DNA from: the human T2T-CHM13v2.0 reference genome, Homo sapiens
DNA: 64,000 bases
Direction: 5' to 3' (one strand)
Assembly (NCBI RefSeq): GCF_009914755.1
Contig: NC_060925.1
Made by a program: the position numbers and the translations under genes. This document shows positions 33,570 to 47,582 of this stretch, piece after piece (within the stretch, counting starts at the first letter, position 1; every line of letters begins with the position of its first letter). Under the pieces are notes generated by a model. That model was not told where the DNA came from, ran no database searches, and saw nothing but the letters and a program-made list of their open reading frames with translations.

Positions 33570-33757
33570 GAGCTGATAAATGTTTAAAACCAGGGGAGTG
33601 GACGAATCTCAAATTTGTAGCATTTGCTAATTTCCTTGGTGTAAATAATCTCACCAGGTCTGATTTCAAACTACCATTGTGGTATCACTAAACACAGACT
33701 CTGTGAAACACAGAATTAGGAAGAGACAAACATAAATGGCCTGCTCCAGCACACTAC
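33570..33757 (+). mobile_element. MER63-like hAT DNA transposon fossil
   Basis: gctgataaatgttta...tttgtagcatttgctaatttccttggtgtaaat...gctccagcacactact. Confidence 0.7.
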
Positions 33758-33934
33758 TTACTGTATTGAAGATACTGTCTAGTAAGAGACTTGTGTAAAG
33801 TAACCTGCTACCCTGGTAACATTAGCATTCACCTGAATACTTAAAACTACTAGAAATGTGAGATCTCAGAAAGGGCCCATTGTAGAATCTTAACTACTGG
33901 TTATTACTTGTACAGGGATTGAGTTCTTTGTTAA

Positions 33935-34178
33935 TTTAACGTTTATTGATAGCTTATGTGTCCTACATACTGTGCTAAGCACTTGTGATTCAGCTCATCC
34001 AATCCCTATAATAACCCCCTGAAACAAGAACTGGGATTAACTACATTTTTAAAATGATGAAACTGAAGCTCAGAATCATTAAGTAACTTACTCAAGGTCT
34101 CACAATTTTTATGTATAGAATAGGAATATAATTTAGGAAGTCTTGTTGAAAACCCCACATCTTTAACCACTGTGAACC
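33935..34178 (-). mobile_element. MIR SINE
   Basis: atactgtgctaagcact...gatgaaactgaagctcaga...taagtaacttactcaaggtc. Confidence 0.85.
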
Positions 34179-34499
34179 AACTTTGTAAATAACATAGCAC
34201 ATTTGACTTGTAAGTATTTTCTAACAGATAAACGTGTGTCTAGTTGATGATCATCCATTCGTTTCCTGACATGGTTTTAGCACATACCTTGTAATGATCC
34301 TGTTAGTATAGGGCCATGAAAAAGGTTATATGTAAATTTGTTATTTAGCAAAGAAAAAAAGAGAGAGATATAAAAACATCAAAACTTATAAATTGTATTT
34401 TGATTCTTTCATCTGTATCCTCTTTCCATATTTCTTTTTCAGTTTTTTATTAAATTTGAAATCTTAATTACTATGTAAGTTATATAGCATGCCTAGCCT

Positions 34500-36450
34500 A
34501 AGCTAATGGCTATAAAAATAAAAATAAAAACAAAAGAGCAAATGAAAGTCTGATTATTTCCATCAATGCCCATTAATTCAAAAACACCATAATAGAATAT
34601 TGGTTTGCAAATAATATGCCAGTGACCATCACATAGCCACATAATTTAAGCAACTATAAGTGCAACGTCATATTATAGAGGACTTCTAATTTAATTGAGT
34701 TTAAAGTAGGCCAAAGTCGGTCATTTATACTTCTCTGAATAGATTATAATTACTTCCCAGAAAATAAAAACAAAACATTCAGAAGGATAACCAATCTTTT
34801 CTAGAGATGAAAATATTTCCTTCAATGACCTATTTCAATGTGAATCCACTGGCATTAAAAAAAGCAGTGCAACTGAACGTTATTTTTTAATCAATGGTTA
34901 TGGATAAATCTAAGTTAATATTCAATAAATCGTCTCCCTTTAAAGGTGGTCCAGCAAAACATTTAGCTTTTGCTTGATGCAGCTCTTCTCCCTGACAGTG
35001 ATTCTCAATTACCTAGTTTTCCTGTGTATCAAGGAAACAATCAAAAACTGGATTAAATAGGACCTTACCCTCATGCACTATAGTCATTTTCAAATAAATG
35101 AACTGTGTGTGTGTACTGGCATCCACTTTGCCAAAATGGTATAACTCTAACCTCAGAAGCACGCACCAGTTAGCAGGGTCTGCAAAAGTTCAGCTGGTGA
35201 GGGAGCACACATTTTCCTTCTTATCCCACATCCGTTCACTGCCAATTAAAAACAGGTAACCCTATAATCTGCTTCTGGTAGTACCAAGCTAATTAGACTT
35301 TGACAAGAATGTAGCAACGCCCAATCGCAGAAAATTAACACGCATGTTTCTCTACAGATACTTGGGGAAAAGGGAGAAATAAAGCCACATGCAAAATCTT
35401 TCCAAAATCTCAGCCAGACCTCATTTGTGTCCACATACTTCATGTCACATTAACTCACCCACCCTGATGCCCAGAACTACGCCCTCCAGCTGACTGGCAA
35501 GGTTAGGCTTTAGCTTTTTAATAACCATCTTATACATATAGACCTATATATCTAGGATCTATAAAGCACACAGATGATTATTTAGGATTAATGGATCATT
35601 CAAAGTGCCAGTTGGCACGTTTTGAGTAAAAAGTGTAACAAATGCAGCTGTTTACTAATAAATAAAGCCTCAGCTGTAAGAGAAATAAATTAGATGCATT
35701 TAATTGGTAGGCTGCAAACCTCCCCTTTATTACAATGCAGCTTCTTGTTATTTTATGATGTCAGGGTAGATGGCAGACTGACAGAGTGTTTATGAATCAC
35801 AGTTTGCAGATGGCACTCTTGGTTTTCAGCAGCTATGAGCACAAGTAGCATGAGGCCTCAATAGTGGATTTTGCCAAAGACGACCCCCTGAGAATTAGCT
35901 GTCTTCATTTCTCTTGTGCCAATCTCTCCCTGGCAGAACCCTTACTTCACAAACCCACCTTTAATAAATTGTGGCTGCCTGGCAGGGAATCAAAGAGAGC
36001 TCACACCCACAGAATGCCCTCATCTCGAGGTGATCTCTTTGTTATTGCTGAGGAGGCCTGTGCAATGATTCTCAGAGCAGACTTCCTGCAACTTCATACG
36101 AAGATGACCAAGGATCAGGCAGGACAGAAACCCTCCCCCTTTCGACTCCTTGGCTTTCTTTGCCCACTCTCCTTGCAGCTGACAGAAGGGATTTCCTATC
36201 TCTAGAGCACTGCATAAGGTCCTTGCACTTGGGATTCAGAGCTCCCCTAACTAATGACAGCTTTGTCATCATACAGCTGGGGAGGGGTCACCCCAACCCA
36301 TGGAGCTGAGGCTTCACAGCGTCAGCACTCCTGCATTCCCCTGATGACCATTCACTTCTATGGCTGGGAACAGCACACAGGAGACATGCAGTCATAATTG
36401 TCAACAGATTTGTACATTTTCATCACCAGTTATACTCCTAATGGATTTTT
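34500..36450. promoter_or_regulatory. Repeat-free island, candidate enhancer/conserved non-coding element
   Basis: ~2 kb without recognisable repeat; four TGACAG, TTTATGA and TAAT motifs. Confidence 0.35.
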
Positions 36451-37089
36451 ATTCTAATGGGCTGTTTTTACTTTATTAGAAAAGTGAGAGGATCAAGCCC
36501 CTTTTCACGGAACAGAGTTTAGTCTGAATGTATAATAATAGTAATTATAAGGTTAATGATACTAATAGTAGTAATACTAATATCAGAAGCTACCATTCGA
36601 GTACTTAGTATGTGATAAAATAGAATAACTTCCCATAGGATTATTTAAGTTATCTTATGCTAGTTTAAAACACATAAGCACCATTCCCTTTCTCTGCTTG
36701 TTTCCTTTTCCTACGTTGCTTTGGTCAGACACTTGAGTCCTGGTTACGTGTCCAGGAGGACCTGAGAGAAATCCTGAGATTGCTTCCTCTTTTTCTACTG
36801 TGTCTGCTGGAGGCCTGATGGAATGAATATATCTCTTCAGCTATCTTATGAAGCTGAAATTAAAATGGCTGCTGGTGGTCAAGCTGGACTAGGTAGAGAA
36901 AACATACAAACAAAAATGAACTTTGTTGGTTGGTATTAAAAACAGTTCTGAAAACTTTAAGTGGGAAAGGAATTAAACTCAGATTTTTTACTTTAGATGA
37001 GGACTCCTGTCTCATAATAATAAAAGAGGTTATTTAAATCCTTTTAATTAAATTTCATCTATGTTATGTAAAATATGCATGCATTTTTC

Positions 37090-39450
37090 CGGAAATCAAG
37101 CAGAAGGCAAAGATGTCCACTCTCATTACTTTGACATAGTTCTAGAGTTCCTAGGTGGCATAATAAGGCAATGTATGGATACATACAAACATAATACATA
37201 AATAAATATATAAAATTGAAGGCATTCAGATTGGAAGGGAAGTCATAAAACTATCTTCATTTTCAAATGACATAGTCCTGTAACCAGGAAGTCCTAAGGA
37301 ATCTACAAAAAAATAACAAATGAATTCAGCACAATCAGGATATAAGATCATACACTCACAAAACTGTGTTTCTATATACTGGCAATAATGATCCAAAAAT
37401 GAAATTAAAAAACAATTTCATTCACAATGGTATCACCAAAAACAAAGTATTGGAAATACAGTTTTAAGAAGTTGTGTCAGGCTTGTACATTGTAAACTGT
37501 AAAGCATTACTGAGAAAAATTAAAGATCTAAATAAAATGAGAGATATTCCATGTTCATGGATTGGCAGGCTCCATATTGTTAAGATAGAAATTCTTCTCA
37601 AATTTGTCTACAGACTCAGTGAAATTTCTAGCAAAATTCTGGGTTTTTTTTTAACAGAAATTTACAAGCTGATTCTAAAATTTATATAAAAATTGAAATG
37701 ACTCAGAATAACAACAATAAGCAAAGTTGAAGGACTCACATTTTCCAATTACAAAATACTATAAAGCTACAATAATTAAGAGAGTGCGATACCAAAGTAT
37801 GGTTAGACATACGTATGGATGGAACACAATTTAGAATTCAGAACTTTACTCTTACATTTGAGGTTAATTAATATTTGACAAAGATGACAAGGCATTTTGA
37901 TATTTTCAGGAAACAATGCTGAGATGATTAGATTTCTGCATGCAAAAAGATGAATTTAGATGCTAACCTCATATCATATAAGAAAATTAATGCAAAGCAG
38001 ATCATCAACACATCTTTAAGAATTAAAACATAAAACTTTTAGAAGTGGTTATAGAAAAACAGTAGAATAACTTGGGAGGAATAGAGTTTTTCTGAGAAGG
38101 TGATATTGAGCAGAAAGCTGATTGAATTGAACTCTAATTGATTGAAGCAAAAATCTGGAGAAAAAATATTCCATAATCCAGGCAGATTGAATAGCAGTTG
38201 CAGTACCCAAAGCTCAGGGTAAGATATGCAATTTTTCAAGAAGCACAAAGACCAGTATGGTTGGTTTCATTGTGACATTAGGCTAGACAAAGATCTCTTA
38301 GACATAAAAAGAATTATCTATTTTAAAAAAGGATAATAAGTTGGACTTCATCAAAACTTAAAGTTTTGATCTTAGAAAGATATCATTAAGAAAATAAAGT
38401 GTTGCATATCATTCTAAATGTTGTGAAAAAGAAATTTTTAAAAAAGAAAAAGAAGTGTTAAGCTGCAGACCAGAAAAAAATATTTACAAATCATATTGAC
38501 AAGGACCTTGTATCAAGAATAGAAAAAGAACTCCTACAAATTAATGATCAAAAGACAAATAGCTCAATTCAAAAATGGGCAGAAGGTGTAAACAGACACA
38601 TTACAAAGAAGATGGTGACCAATGGAAACATGTAAGATGCTCAAGGTCATTAGTTATCAGGGAAATGTAAGTTACATGCACAAGGATATATTACTACCCA
38701 TTCACTAAAATGGCCAAAATTAAAAGGAATGACAAAAACTAAGTCTTGTCAAAAAGTGAGAGCATCTGGAACATTCATGGATTTATGTTGAGAGTATAAA
38801 ATACTATATCTATTTTGGGAGAACGTCAGTAGTTTTTAAATAAAGTTAACCATACACTACTACTTGTCCCAGTAATTCTAGCACTAATTAGCTTCTAAAC
38901 AGAAATCAAAACATTTTGTGCATGAAATACTTGTACACAAATGTTCGTTGTAGTTTTGTACATAATAGCTCAAAATTGAAACTATCCCAAATATCATCAC
39001 CAGGTGAATGGATAAAAATAATTGTGGTCTATTTATACATTGGGTTATTACTCATTAATTAAATAGAACACACTACTGATTCATGCAACAGCATAAATGA
39101 TTTTTCCAAAACAGAATGATTCTTCAAAACATAATTCTCTAAGGCATTATACTGATTAGAAGAATACAGAGTAAATACAGTGTGCTTCCATTTATATGAA
39201 ATTTTAAAATAAGCAAAACTAAAGGGCCAAAAAGGAAAACAGTGGTTGTCTCGGGCTGAAGGTGGAGAAATTGACTGAAAAGTATCTTGAGGACACTTTT
39301 TGGAATGATGTAAATATTCTGTATCTTGAGGGGCAAGTGGTTACATAGGGTTTTTTTCATTTGTCATATCTTGTTAACAGTACACTTAAAATAATTATAA
39401 TTTTTTGCGCTTAAATTATACCTCAATAAAGCTGAAATAAAAGTAAAATT
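37090..39450 (+). mobile_element. Old L1M (L1ME1-like) ORF2 3' part and 3' UTR
   Basis: ORF 37474-37689 gives DIPCSWIGRLHIVK; 3' end taaattatacctcaataaagctg. Confidence 0.85.
38065..38262 (-). mobile_element. Internal L2-like fragment embedded in the L1M
   Basis: ttctgagaaggtgatattgagcaga ... ccaggcaga...aatagcagttgcagtaccc ... agaccagtatggttgg. Confidence 0.55.
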
Positions 39451-39533
39451 AAAAATTAGCAACATTGGCATAAAAAGCGACAAACTGGAAATGACAAGAA
39501 ATCTTAAAATAACCTTACTTCTAAGACAAGCAC

Positions 39534-39888
39534 TGTCTTAGTTTTTTGGGGTTGCTATGACAAAATATCATAAATTGGGTAGCATATAAAAAACAGAAAT
39601 TTTTTCTCACACTCCTAGAAACTAGGAAGTCCAAGATCAAATCTCTGGCAAGTTCAGGGTCTAGTTAGGGCCTGTTTCCTGGTTCATGAATGGTGCCTTC
39701 TTACTGTGTTCTCACATGGTAAAAAAGAAGAATGAGCTCTCTGATTCTCTTTTATAAAGACACTAATTCCATTTTTGAGGGCTCTGCCCTTGTGACCTAA
39801 TCACCTCCACAAAGACCTCGCCATCATCTTGGGGGTTAGGATTTCAACATACAAATTTTAGGGGTCCACAAACATGCAGACTGTAGTG
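39534..39888 (-). mobile_element. MLT1A0-like MaLR LTR
   Basis: tgtcttagt...gctatgacaaaatatcataaattgggtagc...gggggttaggatttcaacatac. Confidence 0.85.
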
Positions 39889-40569
39889 TTTCACCTTGGC
39901 CCTCCATAATTCATGTCCTTCTTACATGTAAAATGCATGTATTCCATCCCTATAGCTCCAAAATCTTAATTCGGTTCATCATCATTTTATTAGTTTAATG
40001 TCCAGAGTCTCTTCTAAATATATAAATCAATATGAGTGAGTTTCAAAGTACAGTTCATTCTAAGGCAAATTGCTCTTCAGCTGTGAACCTGTGAAATCAA
40101 ACATGTTTTGTGCTTCCAAAATACTATAGTGCCATAGGTATAGGAATGGCATTCCCATTTCGAAATGGAAAAATAGAAATAAAAGGGATTATGAGTCCCA
40201 ACTAAGTCTAAAACTTTAAGGATGGGAAATAATTTGTTTTGGTTTGATGCTCTGCCCTCCAATCTTACTGAGGCAAACATCCGGCCTCCTCAGCTTAGCT
40301 GATTAGGAGTTGAGCCCCCAAGACTCCCAGCCAAAGAGCTTTGAGGAAGTAATGGACAGCAAGCACCAATGTCTTGGCCTCCTTTGAAATCATTATTCCC
40401 CCAAGGCCCGTGATGAAAGAGGGAGAATTGAAGATTCTGAAATGCCTTCAGTATGATTTTTCCGTTATCTTGATGAATAAGCACCTTGCTGATCTACACT
40501 AATCTCCTAATCAAATGGTACACACTCTTGGTGTTCTCTCTCAAACACTTCTTATTTTGTACAATAATG

Positions 40570-40865
<296 letters not shown>

Positions 40866-41095
40866 GATGAGCTGAGAATTTCCAAATGTTCAAGTTCTGC
40901 TTCCTTTTGATTAAAAATTCCATCTTCAAATTGTTTATGTCTTCTCGTACTTTACTATAAGCATTCAGGAGAAGCCATTCAGCACCTTCAACACTTTGCT
41001 TAGGAATTTCTTCAGCTAAGTATTCTATTTCATCACTCAAAAGTTCTACATTCCATAAAACACTAGGACACAAATACAATTCAATCACATTCTTT

Positions 41096-42222
41096 TTTTT
41101 TTCTGTGTCTACTAGTGTTTTCTTTTTTTCTTTTTTTTATTATACTTTAAGTTCTAGGGTACATGTGCACAACGTGCAGTTTTGTTACATATGTATACAT
41201 GTGCCATGTTGGTGTGCTGCACCCATTAACTTGTCATTTACATTAGGTGTATCTCCTAATGCTTTCCCTACCCCCTATCCCCACCCCACAACTGCCCCAG
41301 TGTGTGATGTTTCCCTTCCTGTGTCCAAGTGTTCTCATTGTTCAATTCCCACCTATGAGTGAGAACATGTGGTGTTTGGTTTTTTGTCCTTGCAACAGTT
41401 TGCTGAGAATGATGGTTTGCAGCTTCATCCATGTCCCTACAAAGGACATGAACTCATCCTTTTTTATGGCTGCATAGTATTCTGTGGTGTATATGTGCCA
41501 CATTTTCTTAATCTAGTCTATCACTGATGGACTTTTGGATTGGTTCCAAGTCTTTGCTATTGTAAATAGTGCCACAATAAACATATGTGTGCATGTGTCT
41601 TTATAGCAGCATGATTTATAATCTTTTGGGTATACACCCAGTAATGGGATGGCTGGTTCAAATGGTATTTCTAGTTCTAGATCCTTGAGGAATCTCCACA
41701 CTGTCTTCTACAATGGTTGAACTAGTTTACGGTCCCACCAGCCATGTAAAAGTGTTCCTATTTCTCCCCATCCTCTCCAGCACCTGTTGTTTCCTGACTT
41801 TTTAATGATCGCCATTCTAACTGGTGTGTGATGGTATCTCATTGTGGTTTTGATTTGCATTTCTCTGATGGCCAGTGATGATGAGCATTTTTTTCATGTG
41901 TCTGTTGGCTGCATAAATGTCTTCTTTTGAGAAGTGTCTGTTCATATCCTTCGCCCACTTTTTGATGGGGTTGTTTGTGTTTTTCTTGTAAATTTGTTTG
42001 AGTTCTTTGTAGATTCTAGATATTAGCCCTTTGTCAGATGAATAGATTGCAAAAATCTTCTCCCATTCTGTAGGTTGCCTGTTCACTCTGATGGTAGTTT
42101 CTTTTGCTGTGCAGAAGCTCTTTAGTGTAATTAGATCCCATTTATCAATTTTGGCTTTTGTTGCCACTGCTTTTGATGTTTTAGACATGAAGTCCTTGCC
42201 CATGCCTATGTCCTGAATGGTA
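41096..42222 (-). mobile_element. 5'-truncated L1PA4/5-type LINE-1 (~1.1 kb) with short 3' transduction
   Basis: attatactttaagttctagggtacatgtgcacaacgtgcag 3' end; TSD ACATTCTTT at 41087-41095 and 42224-42232. Confidence 0.93.
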
Positions 42223-42544
42223 TACATTCTTTACCACTTTATAACAATGATGGCCTTTCCTCCAGTTTCCAATAATGTGTTCCTCATTTTCATCTGAGAC
42301 CTCATCAGAATGGCCTTTACCATCTATATTTCTCCCATGAATATATTGTTCATGTCCACTTGGATATTCTTTAAGAAGACTGAGGCTTTCTGTATAGATT
42401 TTCTCTACTTTTGAGCCCTTACCAGAAGAATTATCACTTATTGATAGCAACCTAGGTTTTTACTAGCATGCACATCAAAATTCTTCCAGTCTTTACTCAT
42501 TAGCTAGTTCCAAAGTCGCTTCTACACTTTTAGGTAACATTATA

Positions 42545-42830
42545 GCCTATCCTTCTGCTCTTGCCTGGAACAGAAGTGTGTTGCTGGAAATGAAGCAATC
42601 ATTTTTCAACCATGAACTAATGACATGAGGATGAAACCCACACTAAGGATATTTGAGAAAAATGTTAGAAAATTTCTGTTCCTAATGTCAACAAGGGCCA
42701 CATCAACCCTGAACTCTAACTCTCAGCTTCCTCTTACATGAGAATGATAAATTTCTTATTTCATTAAGCTACTATAGTTAGTTTTCTGTTACTAGGTTAC
42801 ACAAAGAAGAATGCAATTCCTAACTGATAA
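42545..42830 (+). mobile_element. MLT1 (H/I/J-like) LTR fragment
   Basis: cttcctcttacatgagaatgataaatttctt...ttaagctact...ttttctgttact...tcctaactgata. Confidence 0.6.
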
Positions 42831-43589
42831 AATGCTTCAAAGCTGCTGCAATTAAAATACTGCACATCATCATATTAATGCTAAAATAGGCAAGTACATT
42901 AATGGATGGTCCAGAATTTATACTTGTATAAATATACATATGTATTATATTTATCTCTATGTACATTAGTTTTTATTATAAAGTAAACATTTAAAATCAG
43001 TACTATGTGTTGAGTTAGTTCATTCAAAGTAGCCAACAGATGAAGAAAGAGTTCAGCAAGATAGATTTAACCATCTTTGGAAGTCTTCCTATTCCAACAG
43101 CCAGCTCCTCTCTGTGTCTGCACAGCCCCATAGTGGTCTGCATTTTTGGATCACGGCTGCTCTCTGTAGACTCTGCCTCTCATATCACAGAACATCCCCA
43201 GTTCATTGTCCTCCATTACTGAATCTGTACCCGCTTCGTTTTCATCACTGTCTGCCCCAGGTGAGTCTTCGTCCTGCCCTTCCTCAAGCTCGTGCCACAT
43301 GATCCTTAACATTGAACCTTTCACAATTGGTAAATTCTTGCTGCTTGACTCTTTAATTCAAAAGTCAATTTTCTTGATAATATTCAGGACTCCATCCTCT
43401 GTACTCTTTTCTGCCATCCATTTATGTTGATTGATTAGGTCAGAAAGCCCAAGCTTTTCATTTAGTTCTTCTTAACACCCTTGTCATTTAAGTCCATTAG
43501 TATTTTAATAGTGGATTTTAAAATATTATATTAAATTTTATTGCTTTTTGACAAAGGCAGCTCAAGAATAATTTCTGAATACCTTATAG

Positions 43590-43770
43590 AAACCATAAAA
43601 TGTCAGAGCTGCAAGGGCCCTTAGAGATCATCTGCTATTACTTTTTATTTTACAGATGGAGAAACTACAGCCCAGAGAGGGGAGTGATTTTCCCGTTGTT
43701 GCACATCTCATTAGTGAAGATGTTAAAGGTAAAACCCCAGAACTTTCTTGATTTTCATCTTAATCTCCAC
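43590..43770 (-). mobile_element. MIR3/MIRc SINE
   Basis: aatgtcagagctgcaagggcccttagagatcatct...attttacagatggagaaact. Confidence 0.8.
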
Positions 43771-44012
43771 TTGTCCAGGTTTTATTTCTTGCTATTGGAG
43801 GCGCCACCCTCCAATTTTTTTTACATGTTTTATAACGTAAGTAATCTGTTAGGGCAAAACATGCAATTCTATATAGAACAAATATGCATATATGGGGAAT
43901 GAGTTCTTAAAAACATTTATTCACTAGGGTAAGTGATAAAACAAAAGTTTGGAGACCGCAGACTTTGAATTTCAAATTCTTAGTGTGAAATATTAGTCTA
44001 TTTATTAGGCTA

Positions 44013-45765
<1,753 letters not shown>

Positions 45766-47342
45766 CTAAATTAAAATTGAAGCTCAATAATTCTTACATT
45801 TAAAAAAAGGCCTTGGGTACATTTCTTAATTAACCCCACCTCTGTTTCTAAAGGAAAGAAAGCTGTAAACCAGGAGTAAATTATATTGCCTTGCAAACTG
45901 TGAACTGTAAACCTGTAAACTGATGGTAAATGAATTGTGACCAGAACACAACCACACCCCAGCCATGAATGGATGTCACAACAACTCAAAGAAAATGGAG
46001 GAAGAAAAATGTGTCCATACCATGCCCAATCTTTCAACACTTCATTTCTGAAGGACTGACAGCAAAACTGCCTTTCTCATGCAGCTGGTTGGGCTGGGAT
46101 CTTGTCCAAATGCATGAAGGTGACTTTGATTCTGTGTTGTTCAGCTTCTACAGAGGGAGAGAAGGATACAGGCAAGAGCATGCTCCTTTGACATCTCACA
46201 ACGGCACATGGCCCAGCTCTGTCTGACTTTGGCACTTTGTCCAAGAAACTTTTCCTTTCCAAACAGCACATCCTTCTTCTGACCTCACATCTAGAATCAG
46301 TTTTGTTCCAGAGCATAACAAGGTTCTCGATGCTCCCATGGCTGCCAACTTTGTAACTAAAGACAAATGGGAAAAGCAAATGGATCCTGGGCAACATGTG
46401 CCATTACTTTCCTGGCTGTAGACAGTGATGATGTAAGGTTTTATGTGGTCTCCTTGCCAGCTTCTGAGCCTGATCACAGTGATGAAACTAGCAAAGGAGT
46501 AATTATGAACATTCACATAACAGTGCAGAGAGAGCAGAGCTCTTAAAGCAACAGAAGGAGCCCCAGCTTTATCCAATTTTGGTTATTACATACATTTTCT
46601 GATTCTAATGCATTTCATATATTCATTTATTATGCTCCTACTATAGTGTATGCATATACATACAGGGAAGTATATATAGTCTCTGAGGACATGATGTTTT
46701 ACAGAAACCTTAATGGAGCCATTGTGAAAATTTAGGGACTGGTTATGAGACAGGGGCAAGGATAAAGGCTCTGAGATGAGAGCACTTTAGTGTTTTCTGA
46801 GAATAGCGTGGAGTTCAATGTGGCAAGAGCAGAAGGGACAAAGGAGACAGTGGTAGGAGGTGAGGTTCAACAGGAAGCCAGAGGTTAGTTAGAGAATTAC
46901 TATACCTACTTCTTAGAGGAAAAGCCATAGGAATATTCTGAGCAGCGGAGGGGCATGGTTTGACTTTTGTGCTAAAAGGGGCACTCTAGTGGGGAGTGGA
47001 GAATAAACCTTGGGAAGGTGACAGAAGATGCAGGCAGGCAAGTAAGCACACCTCATAACATCACATTGCACCCCCTAAATGGATGTAATTATCATTTGCC
47101 AATTAAAAATAAAACTTATAACAATTAAAATTCTTTTTTAAAAGAGCTAACTGCTGCCATCCAGAAGAAAGAGGGAGAGAGACTGGCTTATACCAAAAGG
47201 TGGAAGTAGGGGTTAATGGTGAGAAGAGTTAGCATTCAAGATAAATTTTGAGTGGGGAGCCTGAAGGATTTGCTAATACACAGGGTATAAAGTGTGAAAG
47301 AAAAAGAGAAGTTGATGATGACAAGGTTTTGGCTTGAACAGC

Positions 47343-47582
47343 TGTATTAGTTCGTTTTCCTGCTGCTGATAAAGACATACTAGAGACTGGGAAGAAAAAG
47401 AGGTTTAATTGGACTTATAGTTCCACATGGCTGGGAAGGCTCCAGAATCATGGCGGGAGGTGAAAGGCACTTCTTACATAGTGGCGGCAAGAGAAAACGA
47501 GAGAGGTGCAAAAGTGGAAAGCCCTGATAAAATCATCAGATTTCATGAGACTTATTCACTACCAGAAGAACAGTATGGGGGA
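47343..47582 (-). mobile_element. Partial THE1C-like MaLR LTR (3'/U5 side only)
   Basis: tgtattagttcgttttcctgctgctgataaagacatac...gagacttattcactacc...cagtatggggga, then abrupt end. Confidence 0.92.

Noticed and set aside
45771-46576. Overlapping 85-126 aa ORFs in unique sequence
   Set aside because: No recognisable domain or codon pattern; lengths compatible with chance.
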